From: a virus
Lineage: Duplodnaviria > Heunggongvirae > Uroviricota > Caudoviricetes
Length of the DNA stretch: 34,153 bases
Strand: one strand, 5' to 3'
Virus record (IMG/VR): IMGVR_UViG_2874968258_000005
Below are positions 1 through 9,531 of this stretch, piece by piece; the first letter of the stretch is position 1, and each line of letters starts with the position of its first letter. Both the position numbers and the translations under genes were made by a program. The notes below the pieces were generated by a model, which did no database searches, had not been told where the DNA came from, and saw only the letters and a list, made by a program, of their open reading frames with translations.

Positions 1-696
1 TCACTTCGGGTAAGGCTGAATCCTGAATAGCTTAGTATTTAGCCGCTTCCTTGCTCGCTTGTTCAGGAATCTGATGTAACGATATTGATTAAATTTGTGC
101 GCCACGGCCCGCTCCTTATTCGCTCGTAAATATTCGCCGCGCTTCCCTCCACGATTAATCGCATTCATCGTTATCTCGTGATACCACTCACCGTCCAGTT
201 CGTAGAATGTGCTTTCATGGCTGCCAATAAAATCAAAATTTGACGCCTGATACACAACACCTGCACGCCCGCAACGTTCGTCTGCAAAGGACTGAACCCA
301 CTCCACTGACGGATACAGTAACCTGATGGTTTTCAGCGCGTAGCTGATGGCCCGTGATTCAGAGTTGCGGGGCATGTCGTCGTGTAGCCACATGCGGTTC
401 AGTTCCATATAGCCCCGGTTATCCGTTTCAAGCACAACGCGACGCCCTGAGTTGGGGTTAAGGGCATATCCCCACTGAAGAACACCAACCAGATCACGTC
501 CACTGAATACGCCCAGATGCAACCAGGAGTTATTCACAAAACGGCGGGAATAATGCTTTGTCTGAATGATTGTGCGGGCCAGCCAGCAGGATATGGTTTC
601 AACGCGCAGCTCCCTTGAACCATAGCCGACAATCCGGCCTTCATACTCAATAACGCAGGGTTTTGTCAGAATGCGTGATTTCTTCTCTTTTCCCAC
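1..696 (-). CDS. mom: DNA modification protein Mom (adenine modification, anti-restriction)
   Basis: Last gene of the element, directly downstream of and overlapping com as in Mu. Track ORF 1..738 begins at TTG; an in-frame GTG at 696 gives a 231-aa product, the length I recall for Mu Mom. Stop TGA at 1..3. Confidence 0.75.
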   Translation of the reverse strand: MGKEKKSRILTKPCVIEYEGRIVGYGSRELRVETISCWLARTIIQTKHYSRRFVNNSWLHLGVFSGRDLVGVLQWGYALNPNSGRRVVLETDNRGYMELNRMWLHDDMPRNSESRAISYALKTIRLLYPSVEWVQSFADERCGRAGVVYQASNFDFIGSHESTFYELDGEWYHEITMNAINRGGKRGEYLRANKERAVAHKFNQYRYIRFLNKRARKRLNTKLFRIQPYPK

Positions 697-832
697 AATA
701 CAGCTCCGTGGGATGCTCCCGGGCACTCGATATGACAATGTAACGTTTACAGCGAGGACATTTGATTTCTATATGCTTAAAACCTCCTTTAAACAGCAAT
801 TTATTGCAATTTTTACAACGAACAGAGTCCAT
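647..832 (-). CDS. com: Com, zinc-finger translational activator of mom
   Basis: 61-aa product [14 protein letters not shown]...CPRCKR...[12 protein letters not shown] with a CxxC...CxxC zinc-finger pattern matching Mu Com. ATG at 832 preceded by GGGGGAA. 3' end overlaps the mom start region. Confidence 0.8.
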   Translation of the reverse strand: MDSVRCKNCNKLLFKGGFKHIEIKCPRCKRYIVISSAREHPTELYCGKREEITHSDKTLRY

Positions 833-906
833 AATTTCCCCCAGTGTAATAACAGGATATAGCTGCCCGGAGGGCTGGGGGTATTTAATCACACTTGATG
901 CAAACC

Positions 907-934
907 GACGATCGATATGATGCTATCGATCGTC
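907..934. promoter_or_regulatory. Inverted repeat carrying two GATC (Dam) sites upstream of com-mom; candidate methylation-sensitive regulatory site of the mom promoter
   Basis: GACGATCGATA-tgatgc-TATCGATCGTC: 11-bp perfect inverted arms, each with a GATC, about 75-100 bp upstream of the com start on the transcribed strand. Confidence 0.5.
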
Positions 935-956
935 ATAAACTATACAAACTGATTAT

Positions 957-1523
957 TTAATCGCCTGGTCTGAACGCTCTCACCTCGTCCAGTGTGGGCA
1001 ACAGAGAAAGTTGTTCTTTCATCTCCCGCTGACAGCGATAAATCTCATCGTTGCGCTCAACAATGGCCTGTATCATCGCTGTGGCCAGTTCCTCAAGTTC
1101 CTGCGTCGTCAGCTGCACCTGCTGATTATCCGCATCACTCCACGCCATATGTGTTTGTGCCGCGACAGATTTTGCCAGCATGACCACCGGGGACAGGCGG
1201 GCCACTGACGAGGCGTCAGCGTTCCACGTGCGACCGTTCCATTCAAACGTGAACGGCTTCGCCTCCTGTTCTGTGCGCCATGCTTCAATTCCCTGACGTC
1301 TGGCCTCTCTGGCCGCTTCCAGCATTTCTGGTGTCACAGTGAATGGGGCTATCTCACCCCATTTGCCGCTTTGCAGTTCCTGCCAGATTTGCTGACCCGT
1401 CGGAGCGACATCATCAGCGGTGGCTGTGTAGGGGACTGCCTGGTCCCTGTCGTCAAAAAAAACGTCACAGTCTACTGCGCCACTTTCGGTATAACGGGGA
1501 TTAATGATTTTTTTAATTTCCAC
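957..1523 (-). CDS. Tail fibre assembly protein (chaperone) for the second fibre
   Basis: Sits immediately after a fibre gene; size and position typical of Tfa. Start chosen at the in-frame GTG at 1523, preceded by GAGGAA and just after the fibre stop at 1534; the track ORF extends to 1583. Confidence 0.55.
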   Translation of the reverse strand: MEIKKIINPRYTESGAVDCDVFFDDRDQAVPYTATADDVAPTGQQIWQELQSGKWGEIAPFTVTPEMLEAAREARRQGIEAWRTEQEAKPFTFEWNGRTWNADASSVARLSPVVMLAKSVAAQTHMAWSDADNQQVQLTTQELEELATAMIQAIVERNDEIYRCQREMKEQLSLLPTLDEVRAFRPGD

Positions 1524-1533
1524 GGTGCATTCC

Positions 1534-2937
1534 TCACGATGTGCGAATAAAAAGCCCGGGCATTGCGCCAGAGACATGAGCATCCGGCACCCCGGACAGG
1601 GCGCAATATGACCCCGGTAATGAATGCTCTGAACATCCCGTAATGAAAAATTGTGGGGATGCTATATACGTTCCGGTGGGAGTACTGGGCACTGAAATCC
1701 CCACCGGTCCCAGTCGTGAGCCTCTGTATGACTGCCCCCTGACAAGTCTGATGACTTTATCACCGTCAGCTTCTCCCTGGTACGCAGCAATAATCAGCCC
1801 GCCAATGTCAGGGTCTCCCCATCTGTTGCGGACAGAGCTCGCCACGATTCTGTAAATAATATCTTCTGTGGTTATATCTATTTTCACCCAGCCAGTCAGT
1901 CTGGATATGGGCCAGTAGCAGTAGCGGGTGTGATAAATGGGGCCGTTAATGCCGTAAAAAGTAAGGGATTTGGCTCTGTACCGCGGTTCTGTTGTCTCAG
2001 GGCGTGCATCAGTCCACCGGATGCTGAGCACCCCTTCAAACCGTGTGTCGGGTATGATGCCCAGGCGGCCAGCAACGGAATACTCACCTGGCAGCGCATT
2101 CCTTACCCAGGCCAGGAAATCACTCTTAGTGTCAAAACGGATAACATCTTCAGGCAGAAAAGCACACCCAAAGCCGAATGCGCCGGGTATCGCCAGACGG
2201 CCTTTTGTCCGGTCGTAAATGTCGCTCTGTGCTTCCATCGTGGCTGCACTTTTCAGCCCCAGATTATCCCGGGACTTCTGTTGTGCCTTTTCGCCTGCTG
2301 CTGCGATTTCAGACAGATGGTTAGCCGTTTTCAGAGTGCCGGTCAGCGCAGCATCAATGTCATTTTTGGCCTGTTCTGCTGCGCGGGCATAACCTGCGGC
2401 TGCCTGTGCACGCTGACCGGATAAGACGGCGTTTTTCCCCGTGCTTTTCACGTCTTCCGCTGTGGCCTTTCTGTTCTCAGCTGTGACGGTTGCATCCTGT
2501 CGGGCTTTCTCCGCAAAACGTTGTGCATCATCACGGGCCGTTGCGGCTGCCGTCACATCCTGCGCCGTCTGCCGTGCGTTTCCGGCTGCGCTCCCGGCAC
2601 TCTGCTGCGCCTGTTGCGCCAGCTCTTCGAATTTCTTCAGGGATTCCGGACGCAGGTCAATATTAGTTGCGCCCAGAAAATCATTCAGCGAACCGTCCGT
2701 TGAATCTTCATAAACGCGGATGACACCGATTTCTGAAAGGCGCCGTGTGCTTTGTGTCAGGCGAACGCTGTACACACCCGGCAGAACGGGGAAGTCATAT
2801 TCCCCGTTCTGTGTGGTGACATGGCTGAAAACACTTTTCAGAATCCCTGCACGGTTGTGTATGGAGGTTAGTGTAATGGTTGCGCCGTCCAGCGGTTCTC
2901 CCGTGGGCGTTTTAATCACACCTTTAAGCTGCGGCAT
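1534..2937 (-). CDS. Tail fibre protein 2 (N-terminal prophage-tail-fibre-type domain, Ala/Gln-rich coiled-coil shaft, C-terminal beta-rich tip)
   Basis: 467 aa. N-terminus MPQLKGVIKTPTGEPLDGATITL..., a long AQQAQQSAGSAAGNARQTAQ shaft, and a Gly/Tyr/Trp-rich C-terminal domain. Followed by a Tfa gene. Confidence 0.65.
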   Translation of the reverse strand: MPQLKGVIKTPTGEPLDGATITLTSIHNRAGILKSVFSHVTTQNGEYDFPVLPGVYSVRLTQSTRRLSEIGVIRVYEDSTDGSLNDFLGATNIDLRPESLKKFEELAQQAQQSAGSAAGNARQTAQDVTAAATARDDAQRFAEKARQDATVTAENRKATAEDVKSTGKNAVLSGQRAQAAAGYARAAEQAKNDIDAALTGTLKTANHLSEIAAAGEKAQQKSRDNLGLKSAATMEAQSDIYDRTKGRLAIPGAFGFGCAFLPEDVIRFDTKSDFLAWVRNALPGEYSVAGRLGIIPDTRFEGVLSIRWTDARPETTEPRYRAKSLTFYGINGPIYHTRYCYWPISRLTGWVKIDITTEDIIYRIVASSVRNRWGDPDIGGLIIAAYQGEADGDKVIRLVRGQSYRGSRLGPVGISVPSTPTGTYIASPQFFITGCSEHSLPGSYCALSGVPDAHVSGAMPGLFIRTS

Positions 2938-3469
2938 CGGGACGCTCCGGCCAGTTGATGGCGTTATATGTGGCTTTATCTGTGATGGTGCTGAAATCCA
3001 TCGCCTGCAGCGATTTCGCGTAAATACGGTACGCTTTCAGTTTTTCCCGGTCTTCGTCGCTGATTAGCCCCAGCAGCAGGTCTTCTTCCCATTCCCCTGT
3101 CCGGGCACTGACCTGAGCCAGAAGGGCATCACGCTCATCTTCCGCTTTGAGTCTGTAGTCAAAGACAAATTCATCATTGCGGTAAAACCAGTAACCCGGC
3201 GCGGTAATGCGGCGGTTGGCGGTAATATCAGGAACTTCAATAACACTGGCGTTACGGGGTTCAATGCCTGTCACATCCTTACCGACCCACACCACGCGCC
3301 CGTCTCCGGTGTAAACCATTTTTATGGTGTCACTGGCAAAGTTCTTCTGTTCTTCATACCAGTTTTTGCCGTCTTCCGAAAAAAGCCAGGTGACATCATA
3401 CTGTTTTGTCAGCTGATATTGTTCCGCGGTTTTCGGATTACCTGCCGTAATATTTTTTAAATGCAACAT
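2924..3469 (-). CDS. Tail fibre assembly protein (Mu U / lambda Tfa-like) for the first fibre
   Basis: 181 aa directly after the S-like fibre. C-terminal region (...KLKAYRIYAKSLQAMDFSTITDKATYNAINWPERP) resembles the Tfa C-terminal domain. Confidence 0.7.
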   Translation of the reverse strand: MLHLKNITAGNPKTAEQYQLTKQYDVTWLFSEDGKNWYEEQKNFASDTIKMVYTGDGRVVWVGKDVTGIEPRNASVIEVPDITANRRITAPGYWFYRNDEFVFDYRLKAEDERDALLAQVSARTGEWEEDLLLGLISDEDREKLKAYRIYAKSLQAMDFSTITDKATYNAINWPERPDAAA

Positions 3470-3471
3470 TG

Positions 3472-4572
3472 TTAAATACTCGCTACGTTATACCAGGTGC
3501 CATTAATCAGTTTTTGCAGCGGTCGGTAATACACACCGTTGACGTTATCCGCTGAGTTACGGCCGGTATCCGATATCGATATCCCTGACAACCCGTGTCC
3601 CGAAGGTGAGCGAAACGTCCATGAAACGGTGTTGCTGCCAGGGTTGTAATACATTTCATAACCATACCGCACATCCTGTACCCCCTCAGTTCGATGTTTA
3701 TAGCGGGCATCGAAGTTTCCGTAGTCTGACGGTGTTACCCGTCCTGTAACGTTTACAGCTTTATTACTCTGGATACTGCCACTCTGAAAACGCAACACAT
3801 GCACGCTATTGGCATAAACATCCAGCAGGCCATCACCATTCTGTTTGAATCCGGTGTCATTATCACCAAGAACAATTGAATTCCCCCCCAGGGCGTTCTG
3901 AACGCCGATACCCAGCGCACCATTGACCTGCGAACCACCGCCAACAGACACTTTATGCGACATGGATATTTCACCCGTCCGCAGATTAATGGTGAACGGA
4001 CGCAGGGGGCCAATATCGCCATTCTCGCCCTGACCTTCACTGGTAGGGATAAGGTGCAGGCACTCTTCCGAACGACGAAAAATCAGGCCAAAAGCTTCGT
4101 TGAAAATCCTCAGCGCATTAACACCACGGATTTTCAGCTCTCCTGTCATCGTGCCGCCTGATTGTTTTATGACTTTCAGTGCATCTGCAAAATCTGTTGC
4201 ACTCTCTTTGCCGAGAATACCGCGCACAAAAGCACTGAGCGGTGTTAATGCCATTGTGTCTTTGCCGGTAAAATACGGGAATGTATTATTCTGACCGGTT
4301 AATCCGGCAATAGCACCGGCTGAACCACTGTTCGTAATAAACAGCTTTTTCAGCGCCGTCATAATCTGGTTGGTTGTGTTTTTATCCGGTTTGATATTTG
4401 CCTGCCGGAGTATTTCCAGTAATTCAGACTGAATAATATTAAACCAGTCCGGCCCCGGATAGGTGGGCGGAATACCGTTCCCGCCTTCGGTGAAATAAAG
4501 CGTTGTTTTGCTTAATTCTGCCGCGACAGGTGGCATTACCGGCACACCCGTCGGGTTATCCACATAAAACAT
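3472..4572 (-). CDS. Tail fibre protein 1 (Mu S-like, conserved N-terminal baseplate-attachment region)
   Basis: 366 aa. N-terminus MFYVDNPTGVPVMPPVA...YFTEGGNGIPPTYPGPDWFNIIQSEL is typical of Mu/P2-type fibre N-termini. Position is right after the baseplate genes. Confidence 0.7.
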   Translation of the reverse strand: MFYVDNPTGVPVMPPVAAELSKTTLYFTEGGNGIPPTYPGPDWFNIIQSELLEILRQANIKPDKNTTNQIMTALKKLFITNSGSAGAIAGLTGQNNTFPYFTGKDTMALTPLSAFVRGILGKESATDFADALKVIKQSGGTMTGELKIRGVNALRIFNEAFGLIFRRSEECLHLIPTSEGQGENGDIGPLRPFTINLRTGEISMSHKVSVGGGSQVNGALGIGVQNALGGNSIVLGDNDTGFKQNGDGLLDVYANSVHVLRFQSGSIQSNKAVNVTGRVTPSDYGNFDARYKHRTEGVQDVRYGYEMYYNPGSNTVSWTFRSPSGHGLSGISISDTGRNSADNVNGVYYRPLQKLINGTWYNVASI

Positions 4573-4575
4573 AAA

Positions 4576-5160
4576 TTATTCTCCGGTGTAATAATATTCA
4601 TATTCCGTGCCCGCCAGCCGGTAATGCTTCAGCAGGCATTCCAGCTCGCGGGTCCGTTCGCTGATTAATGGTGTCATGACGCCATCAATACAGGTAAACC
4701 GCCCGGCATCTTTACCCGGGACGTTCACTTTCAGCATCCAGCGATACCGCGCCGGATGCAGCGGATACATGCAGTCGCGCAGACAGTGGTGCGGCAGAAC
4801 GGCTGTCACCTTAATGGTGAAGCCCAGCGCCGCTGCTGCGGCTTCAGTCTGCCAGGTTGCCAGCCCGCCCCTGCGACGGTATTTCTCCACCACGGCACGG
4901 CGGCGGGCTTCCCTGGTGGTGGGGGCAATTCCGCATTCCGGCAGCGCCAGATACTGCTCCCACTCCGGCAGCAGCCGGAGCGTGGTTTCCGGGCGCATCT
5001 CCACATGCAGACGCGAGGCGTCGTATTCAGTGCGGTTTAAACGTTCTGCAAGCGCCCTTAAAAAGCGGTTTAAATCCGCGTCGTTATCACGCGGCCATGC
5101 CTTACCCCGTGGCATGACCTGTTGCAGTGCGGCCAGCCATTCCGTCACGCTGTGAGCCAT
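4576..5160 (-). CDS. Baseplate/tail protein, Mu gp48-like (DUF2313, P2 gpI-like)
   Basis: 194 aa between the baseplate J-like gene and the fibre gene. Family assigned by synteny and sequence character. Confidence 0.55.
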   Translation of the reverse strand: MAHSVTEWLAALQQVMPRGKAWPRDNDADLNRFLRALAERLNRTEYDASRLHVEMRPETTLRLLPEWEQYLALPECGIAPTTREARRRAVVEKYRRRGGLATWQTEAAAAALGFTIKVTAVLPHHCLRDCMYPLHPARYRWMLKVNVPGKDAGRFTCIDGVMTPLISERTRELECLLKHYRLAGTEYEYYYTGE

Positions 5161-6221
5161 GTCGCCTCCCCGATGGTGATAAGCTCATCCACATCACTGG
5201 TGGTGTCCTCCCCGATGTTAAGGAAGTAATCCGTGATGCCGGACGTCATACCGATGGCCGTGCGCAGCGAGGACACCGGCAGCGTCTGACCGGGTGCCAG
5301 TGTCTTCTGTAACGCGGTCAGGTTTGCCCGGACGGCGCTCCTGTTCGCTAGGCTGTCCGGTGTCAGACGGATGGATATGCTGACTTTCTTCAGCCTGACC
5401 TGTACCGGCCAGACCTCAATGCCGCCCGGTTTGCCCACCATCACGCCCGTGGCCGGGTGTTTGTGGCAGAACAGATACTGCTCCATTGTCTTCAGATCTT
5501 CGCGGGTTGGCACGATGTTTTCCCGGTCATCATAAAGCCATGCCAGCCCGACCGTGCCGGGGCCGTGCCATGCATCCCACGCCCACGCGCGGCTGACGCC
5601 CGGCACTTCACGCGCCCATATCACGTAGTCATGCAACGCGCCGCCTGTCGGTGGATTGCGGCGCACATACAGCAGACGGTCCAGCAGCGCTGCGATGGAT
5701 TCAGTGTCTGCGCCACCGGTGATGCCACCTTCAGCCACCGCGCCTGTGCTGGCCGTTCCGGGCAGCGGGGACAGCAGGGTGAGTACGGCACCGGCAGCAA
5801 GATTGCCCGCCACACCGGCTTCTTCAGCCTGCACGATGACGGTGACCTCGCCGTCCTGCACCTCGCCGGACGTGAGTACCTGATACACCTGGTTCGTGTC
5901 GGACTGCATCCGGGTTTCTGCCGGAAGGGGGGACTGACTGGTGAAGGTCACCCGCCCGCTGGCAAAGGTGGCCTGCTTGCGGATAACCCCTTCATACTTT
6001 GCTGTTTTGATAATGGTTTCATCATCAGACGTGGTGGACGGGATTATCTGGTCCTTAATCCAGCTCTGATGGTCGTATAAATCCCGGACCTGACTGCTGA
6101 ATGACACGTTCAGCGCCTGCTCAACACTGACAGGCGGCAGCTTTTGCAGGCCGAGTTCATACGCAATATCTTTTTCGCCGTCGGCAATCAGTTTGCCCAG
6201 CGTGGGGATTTCATACGGCAT
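5145..6221 (-). CDS. Baseplate J-like protein (Mu gp47-like)
   Basis: 358 aa in the baseplate block. Length and position as for Baseplate_J family proteins. Confidence 0.65.
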   Translation of the reverse strand: MPYEIPTLGKLIADGEKDIAYELGLQKLPPVSVEQALNVSFSSQVRDLYDHQSWIKDQIIPSTTSDDETIIKTAKYEGVIRKQATFASGRVTFTSQSPLPAETRMQSDTNQVYQVLTSGEVQDGEVTVIVQAEEAGVAGNLAAGAVLTLLSPLPGTASTGAVAEGGITGGADTESIAALLDRLLYVRRNPPTGGALHDYVIWAREVPGVSRAWAWDAWHGPGTVGLAWLYDDRENIVPTREDLKTMEQYLFCHKHPATGVMVGKPGGIEVWPVQVRLKKVSISIRLTPDSLANRSAVRANLTALQKTLAPGQTLPVSSLRTAIGMTSGITDYFLNIGEDTTSDVDELITIGEATWLTA

Positions 6222-6663
6222 TAATGGTGGCCTCCCATCGACGGGTGATTTCGATTCTGAGTGTGGTTTTGTCCGGGCGGGTTAACACCACCAGAAAGGC
6301 AATACGGTCAGGAATGATGATGCTGGCCGTGACGGTGGCGTTACGGGTGTAACCGGCATGCAGAAGCGGCTGCATGGACAGCCGCGCGTAATCTTCCACG
6401 CGCAGGCGGACATCTTCCGTCAGCTTTTCACGCTCAAGCAGCCACAGGCGGGAACCCCACGAAAAATCGTTGTACGTGTCGCCCGGCCAGCCGCGCGGGT
6501 CGCCGGAGCCGTCAGGAATGACATCATCGTCATCAGCGCGGGCATCGGTGAAAAGGCAGATAAGAACCTGAGTGACCAGCCCCTCATCCCGTGAGAGGCC
6601 GTTATGGGTGACGGTGATGTCACCCCGTGAGAGCATGTTATTCCAGCGGATTTCTGTCGTCAT
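6211..6663 (-). CDS. Baseplate wedge protein, Mu gp46-like (GP46 / P2 gpW-like)
   Basis: 150 aa in the baseplate block, overlapping neighbours by 4-11 nt. Confidence 0.6.
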   Translation of the reverse strand: MTTEIRWNNMLSRGDITVTHNGLSRDEGLVTQVLICLFTDARADDDDVIPDGSGDPRGWPGDTYNDFSWGSRLWLLEREKLTEDVRLRVEDYARLSMQPLLHAGYTRNATVTASIIIPDRIAFLVVLTRPDKTTLRIEITRRWEATINAV

Positions 6664-7196
6664 ACGGGCGGTGATGTCTTCTCATTGTCGCCGTCCTTAT
6701 GAATGTGTTCGCTGAATGATTTACCCTTGATTCTGACATCTTCAGTAAATTCACAGGGACCGACGAATTTCATTTGTTTACCGATAATATTCAGCAATTC
6801 GTCGGCGGTGAGATTTACCGTTTTCCCTGAAACGTCTACCTGTTCTCCTGTGATTTCAATGACGCCGTTTTCCTTCAGGGTGATGTGTGATTTGCCGTCC
6901 CGGTGATACACCCTGACATCGCCGGGGGACAGTCCTTTCGGGCGACATCGCTTGTCTTCCACCGCGATGGCAACCAGCCCGTCACGCCGTCCGCCAACGG
7001 CCAGCACAATGGCTTCAGAACCTTCCGGCGGAACGGACGTAAACCCGTAGTTCTGGAAGCGTTCCACGTCGTCATCGGTGGCATCTGCCAGCGTCTGAAT
7101 TTGCAGGTTCTGCCGTGCCAGACCGTCAGACACCAGGCGGACAACAGCGCGGTCAACCATCAGTCGCAGGCGGCGGGCAATTGCGTTTAATCCCAT
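6660..7196 (-). CDS. Baseplate spike/assembly protein V-like (Mu gp45-like)
   Basis: 178 aa following the hub gene, with features typical of gpV-type spikes. Confidence 0.6.
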   Translation of the reverse strand: MGLNAIARRLRLMVDRAVVRLVSDGLARQNLQIQTLADATDDDVERFQNYGFTSVPPEGSEAIVLAVGGRRDGLVAIAVEDKRCRPKGLSPGDVRVYHRDGKSHITLKENGVIEITGEQVDVSGKTVNLTADELLNIIGKQMKFVGPCEFTEDVRIKGKSFSEHIHKDGDNEKTSPPV

Positions 7197-8257
7197 GTGG
7201 CCACCGCCTTTGTTTTTTTCGTCTTCGCTTTCATTTCCGGCATGTCCAGTGATTCAGGCGGAACCAGCGCCAGAACCGTCATCCTCCCCTGTGCGCCATC
7301 CGTCCATGTCACCCCGGATATCAGCCAGGTGGTTTTCAGGTTCTGAATGCTGTCGTCGATATCGACAAGGCGGTTGGTCTGCCACAGCGGGCCGCTGTCG
7401 CCCTGTTCGCGCCAGCCTGCCACCGTGATTTCCGTCGTGCGGGACTCTCCCAGCATCCGGGCTTTGTACCATTCCCCGCGAATGCTGGCCCCGCCCACGG
7501 TCAGGCTGTCTTCATTGACCAGAATGCGCGGGCGGTAACGGTTAATTTCCGGGTCTTCGGTGATGTACTGGCGACCGCCCACCATCGGGGCAGGCTGGCT
7601 GTCCCACAGTTTGCCACCGGCACTGGTGGTGCCCTTGATGATGTACTGGCTGTTACGCTCCCGCCAGCTGAAGCGCCCACGGGCGGCGAGGATATTTTTT
7701 CCCAGCACCAGTGACACGCCCGCGCGAACGGAAGAGGCGCGGGTGATAATCAGGTTACCCGCGCCGTCAGACGTCAGCAGAACGCCGCGCTGTTTTGCCA
7801 GCCGGTCGAGCAGTTCAAAGCCCGTTTCACCCTGTTCCAGAACGACAGACGCAAATGCCTCCCCGGTCGGGGTTTCCGTGATGACGGTTATCCCGAACGG
7901 GCGGCAGACATCAGCCGCCACCTGTTCAAGCCGCACGCCTTTCCATTTCCCGGACGAATGCACCACAGAGCAGTCCACCAGGTCGCCGGTTTTATCGCGC
8001 CCCATGACGCGAATCTCCACGTTTTCAGCGTCATAGCCGGGAATAAAATCATCGATATACCCCGTCAGCACGGTATCCGCGCCCAGCCTGACCGTGCAGG
8101 GTTGCCCCTCACGAATCACGCGCGGTGCCGCCGCTGACCAGCGGGTTGTCACACTGAGTTCAAACTCACCGGCAATCGCCTTCAGGGAACGGCTGACGGA
8201 CATTTCCGTCCAGCCTTCCCACAGTTTGCCGTCAACGGTAAGAATCACGGATTCCAT
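7187..8257 (-). CDS. Baseplate hub protein, Mu P / P2 gpD-like (late control D family)
   Basis: 356 aa between the N-like gene and the spike gene. Confidence 0.65.
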   Translation of the reverse strand: MESVILTVDGKLWEGWTEMSVSRSLKAIAGEFELSVTTRWSAAAPRVIREGQPCTVRLGADTVLTGYIDDFIPGYDAENVEIRVMGRDKTGDLVDCSVVHSSGKWKGVRLEQVAADVCRPFGITVITETPTGEAFASVVLEQGETGFELLDRLAKQRGVLLTSDGAGNLIITRASSVRAGVSLVLGKNILAARGRFSWRERNSQYIIKGTTSAGGKLWDSQPAPMVGGRQYITEDPEINRYRPRILVNEDSLTVGGASIRGEWYKARMLGESRTTEITVAGWREQGDSGPLWQTNRLVDIDDSIQNLKTTWLISGVTWTDGAQGRMTVLALVPPESLDMPEMKAKTKKTKAVATWD

Positions 8258-9531
8258 CAGTCGGTGATCTCCACAGGTTGCGTCGGCAGGATGAATGACG
8301 GATGACGCAGGCGGTTACGCTGCACGATTTCATCCCGTCGGCGTGTGTCACCATGCTCGCGCCATGCCAGCAATGCGGCAGAGGTGGTTGTGGTCAGCGT
8401 CACCTGCCGGGTTTCCGGCAGACGGGCGGCACGCTCGCGGGCATCCGTAATCACGGCCTGCCGTAAATCGCGCAGCGTTCGCCACAATGTCCGCTGGTTG
8501 TTTTCCACCGCCGCCACCGCCTGCTCATGCAGTTCAGCCGCCAGCGTGTCACCGGCAGATAACGCCGCATCACGGGTATCGAACGTCATCGAGGCCACGG
8601 CACTGGCCTGTCCCAGCAGGGCTCCCAGCACAACCACCTGGCGGAAGTCGTCAATGTTCTTTTGCAGGCTGTCAGATACCGGCTGATAATCCGGTGACAG
8701 CCCGATGGCAAAGCCGGGGTTGCCGTCTGCCACGCTGCCGGGCTTCACGGTGATATCTTCCGGCAGTGCGCCGGTGGCAATCTGCCTGGCACGTTCTCCG
8801 GCCCACTGGTTGCGTAATGTCGTGTAAACCGCCAGTGCTTCGGGTGGTTCCGTCACAAGGCCCGCAATATCTTCCACCCGTGCTGACAGCTCACTGACCA
8901 GACGCCCCGGTGTGGCAATGAGAGTTCCGGCCATCGCCTTAAAATGCTTCAGCCTGTCCATCCACTGATTCAGTGCTGCCGGTAACGTGGGCAGGTTAGC
9001 CACAAGGTTTTCCATATCGGCCAGAAAACTGTCGGCCATGTCACCCAGCCCGTCGAGTGCGCCGAACCAGTCGCCATCGTCAATGGCGGCTTTCACCGCA
9101 TCAATGCCTGTCAGCACTTCCTGCTGCGTGTTATCCGCCGCAGACGGGAACAGGCGCTCGCCTGCCTCAAACACTTCAAAGGTGACATACGCAATGCCGT
9201 CTTCCTCCGTGCTGAGGCGATGGGTGACCTTGCCAACCTGTACGGTCTGTATCCCGAACCACGGGTGGACAAGCTCGCCGGGGCCGGGGGTATTGAGCGC
9301 ATCTAAAAGGGCGTTTAAATCATCCCGGAAGTTTTTACCTGGCAGCTTTGCGTTAATCTGCTGTTGCCCCGGAACGGCCCCGTTATCATCCGTCCAGGCG
9401 GTTTCACGCCGGGGATAAGCACGGGGAATGGCACGACGACCACCGGTGCCCTCCGTATCCACCAGAAAGAAGGGGACGCCACGAAACGAGGCGTCGCGCA
9501 GCCCGTCCCATTTACCGTTGCTCGTTGTCAT
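8257..9531 (-). CDS. Mu N-like protein (DNA circularisation protein family), tail/baseplate associated
   Basis: 424 aa directly after the tape measure gene, as for Mu gene N (gp43). Confidence 0.55.
   Translation of the reverse strand: MTTSNGKWDGLRDASFRGVPFFLVDTEGTGGRRAIPRAYPRRETAWTDDNGAVPGQQQINAKLPGKNFRDDLNALLDALNTPGPGELVHPWFGIQTVQVGKVTHRLSTEEDGIAYVTFEVFEAGERLFPSAADNTQQEVLTGIDAVKAAIDDGDWFGALDGLGDMADSFLADMENLVANLPTLPAALNQWMDRLKHFKAMAGTLIATPGRLVSELSARVEDIAGLVTEPPEALAVYTTLRNQWAGERARQIATGALPEDITVKPGSVADGNPGFAIGLSPDYQPVSDSLQKNIDDFRQVVVLGALLGQASAVASMTFDTRDAALSAGDTLAAELHEQAVAAVENNQRTLWRTLRDLRQAVITDARERAARLPETRQVTLTTTTSAALLAWREHGDTRRRDEIVQRNRLRHPSFILPTQPVEITD

Noticed and set aside
957-4572. Invertible G segment with gin recombinase
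   Set aside because: Both fibre/chaperone pairs are on the same strand, no serine-recombinase-like ORF is present in any frame, and com follows directly.
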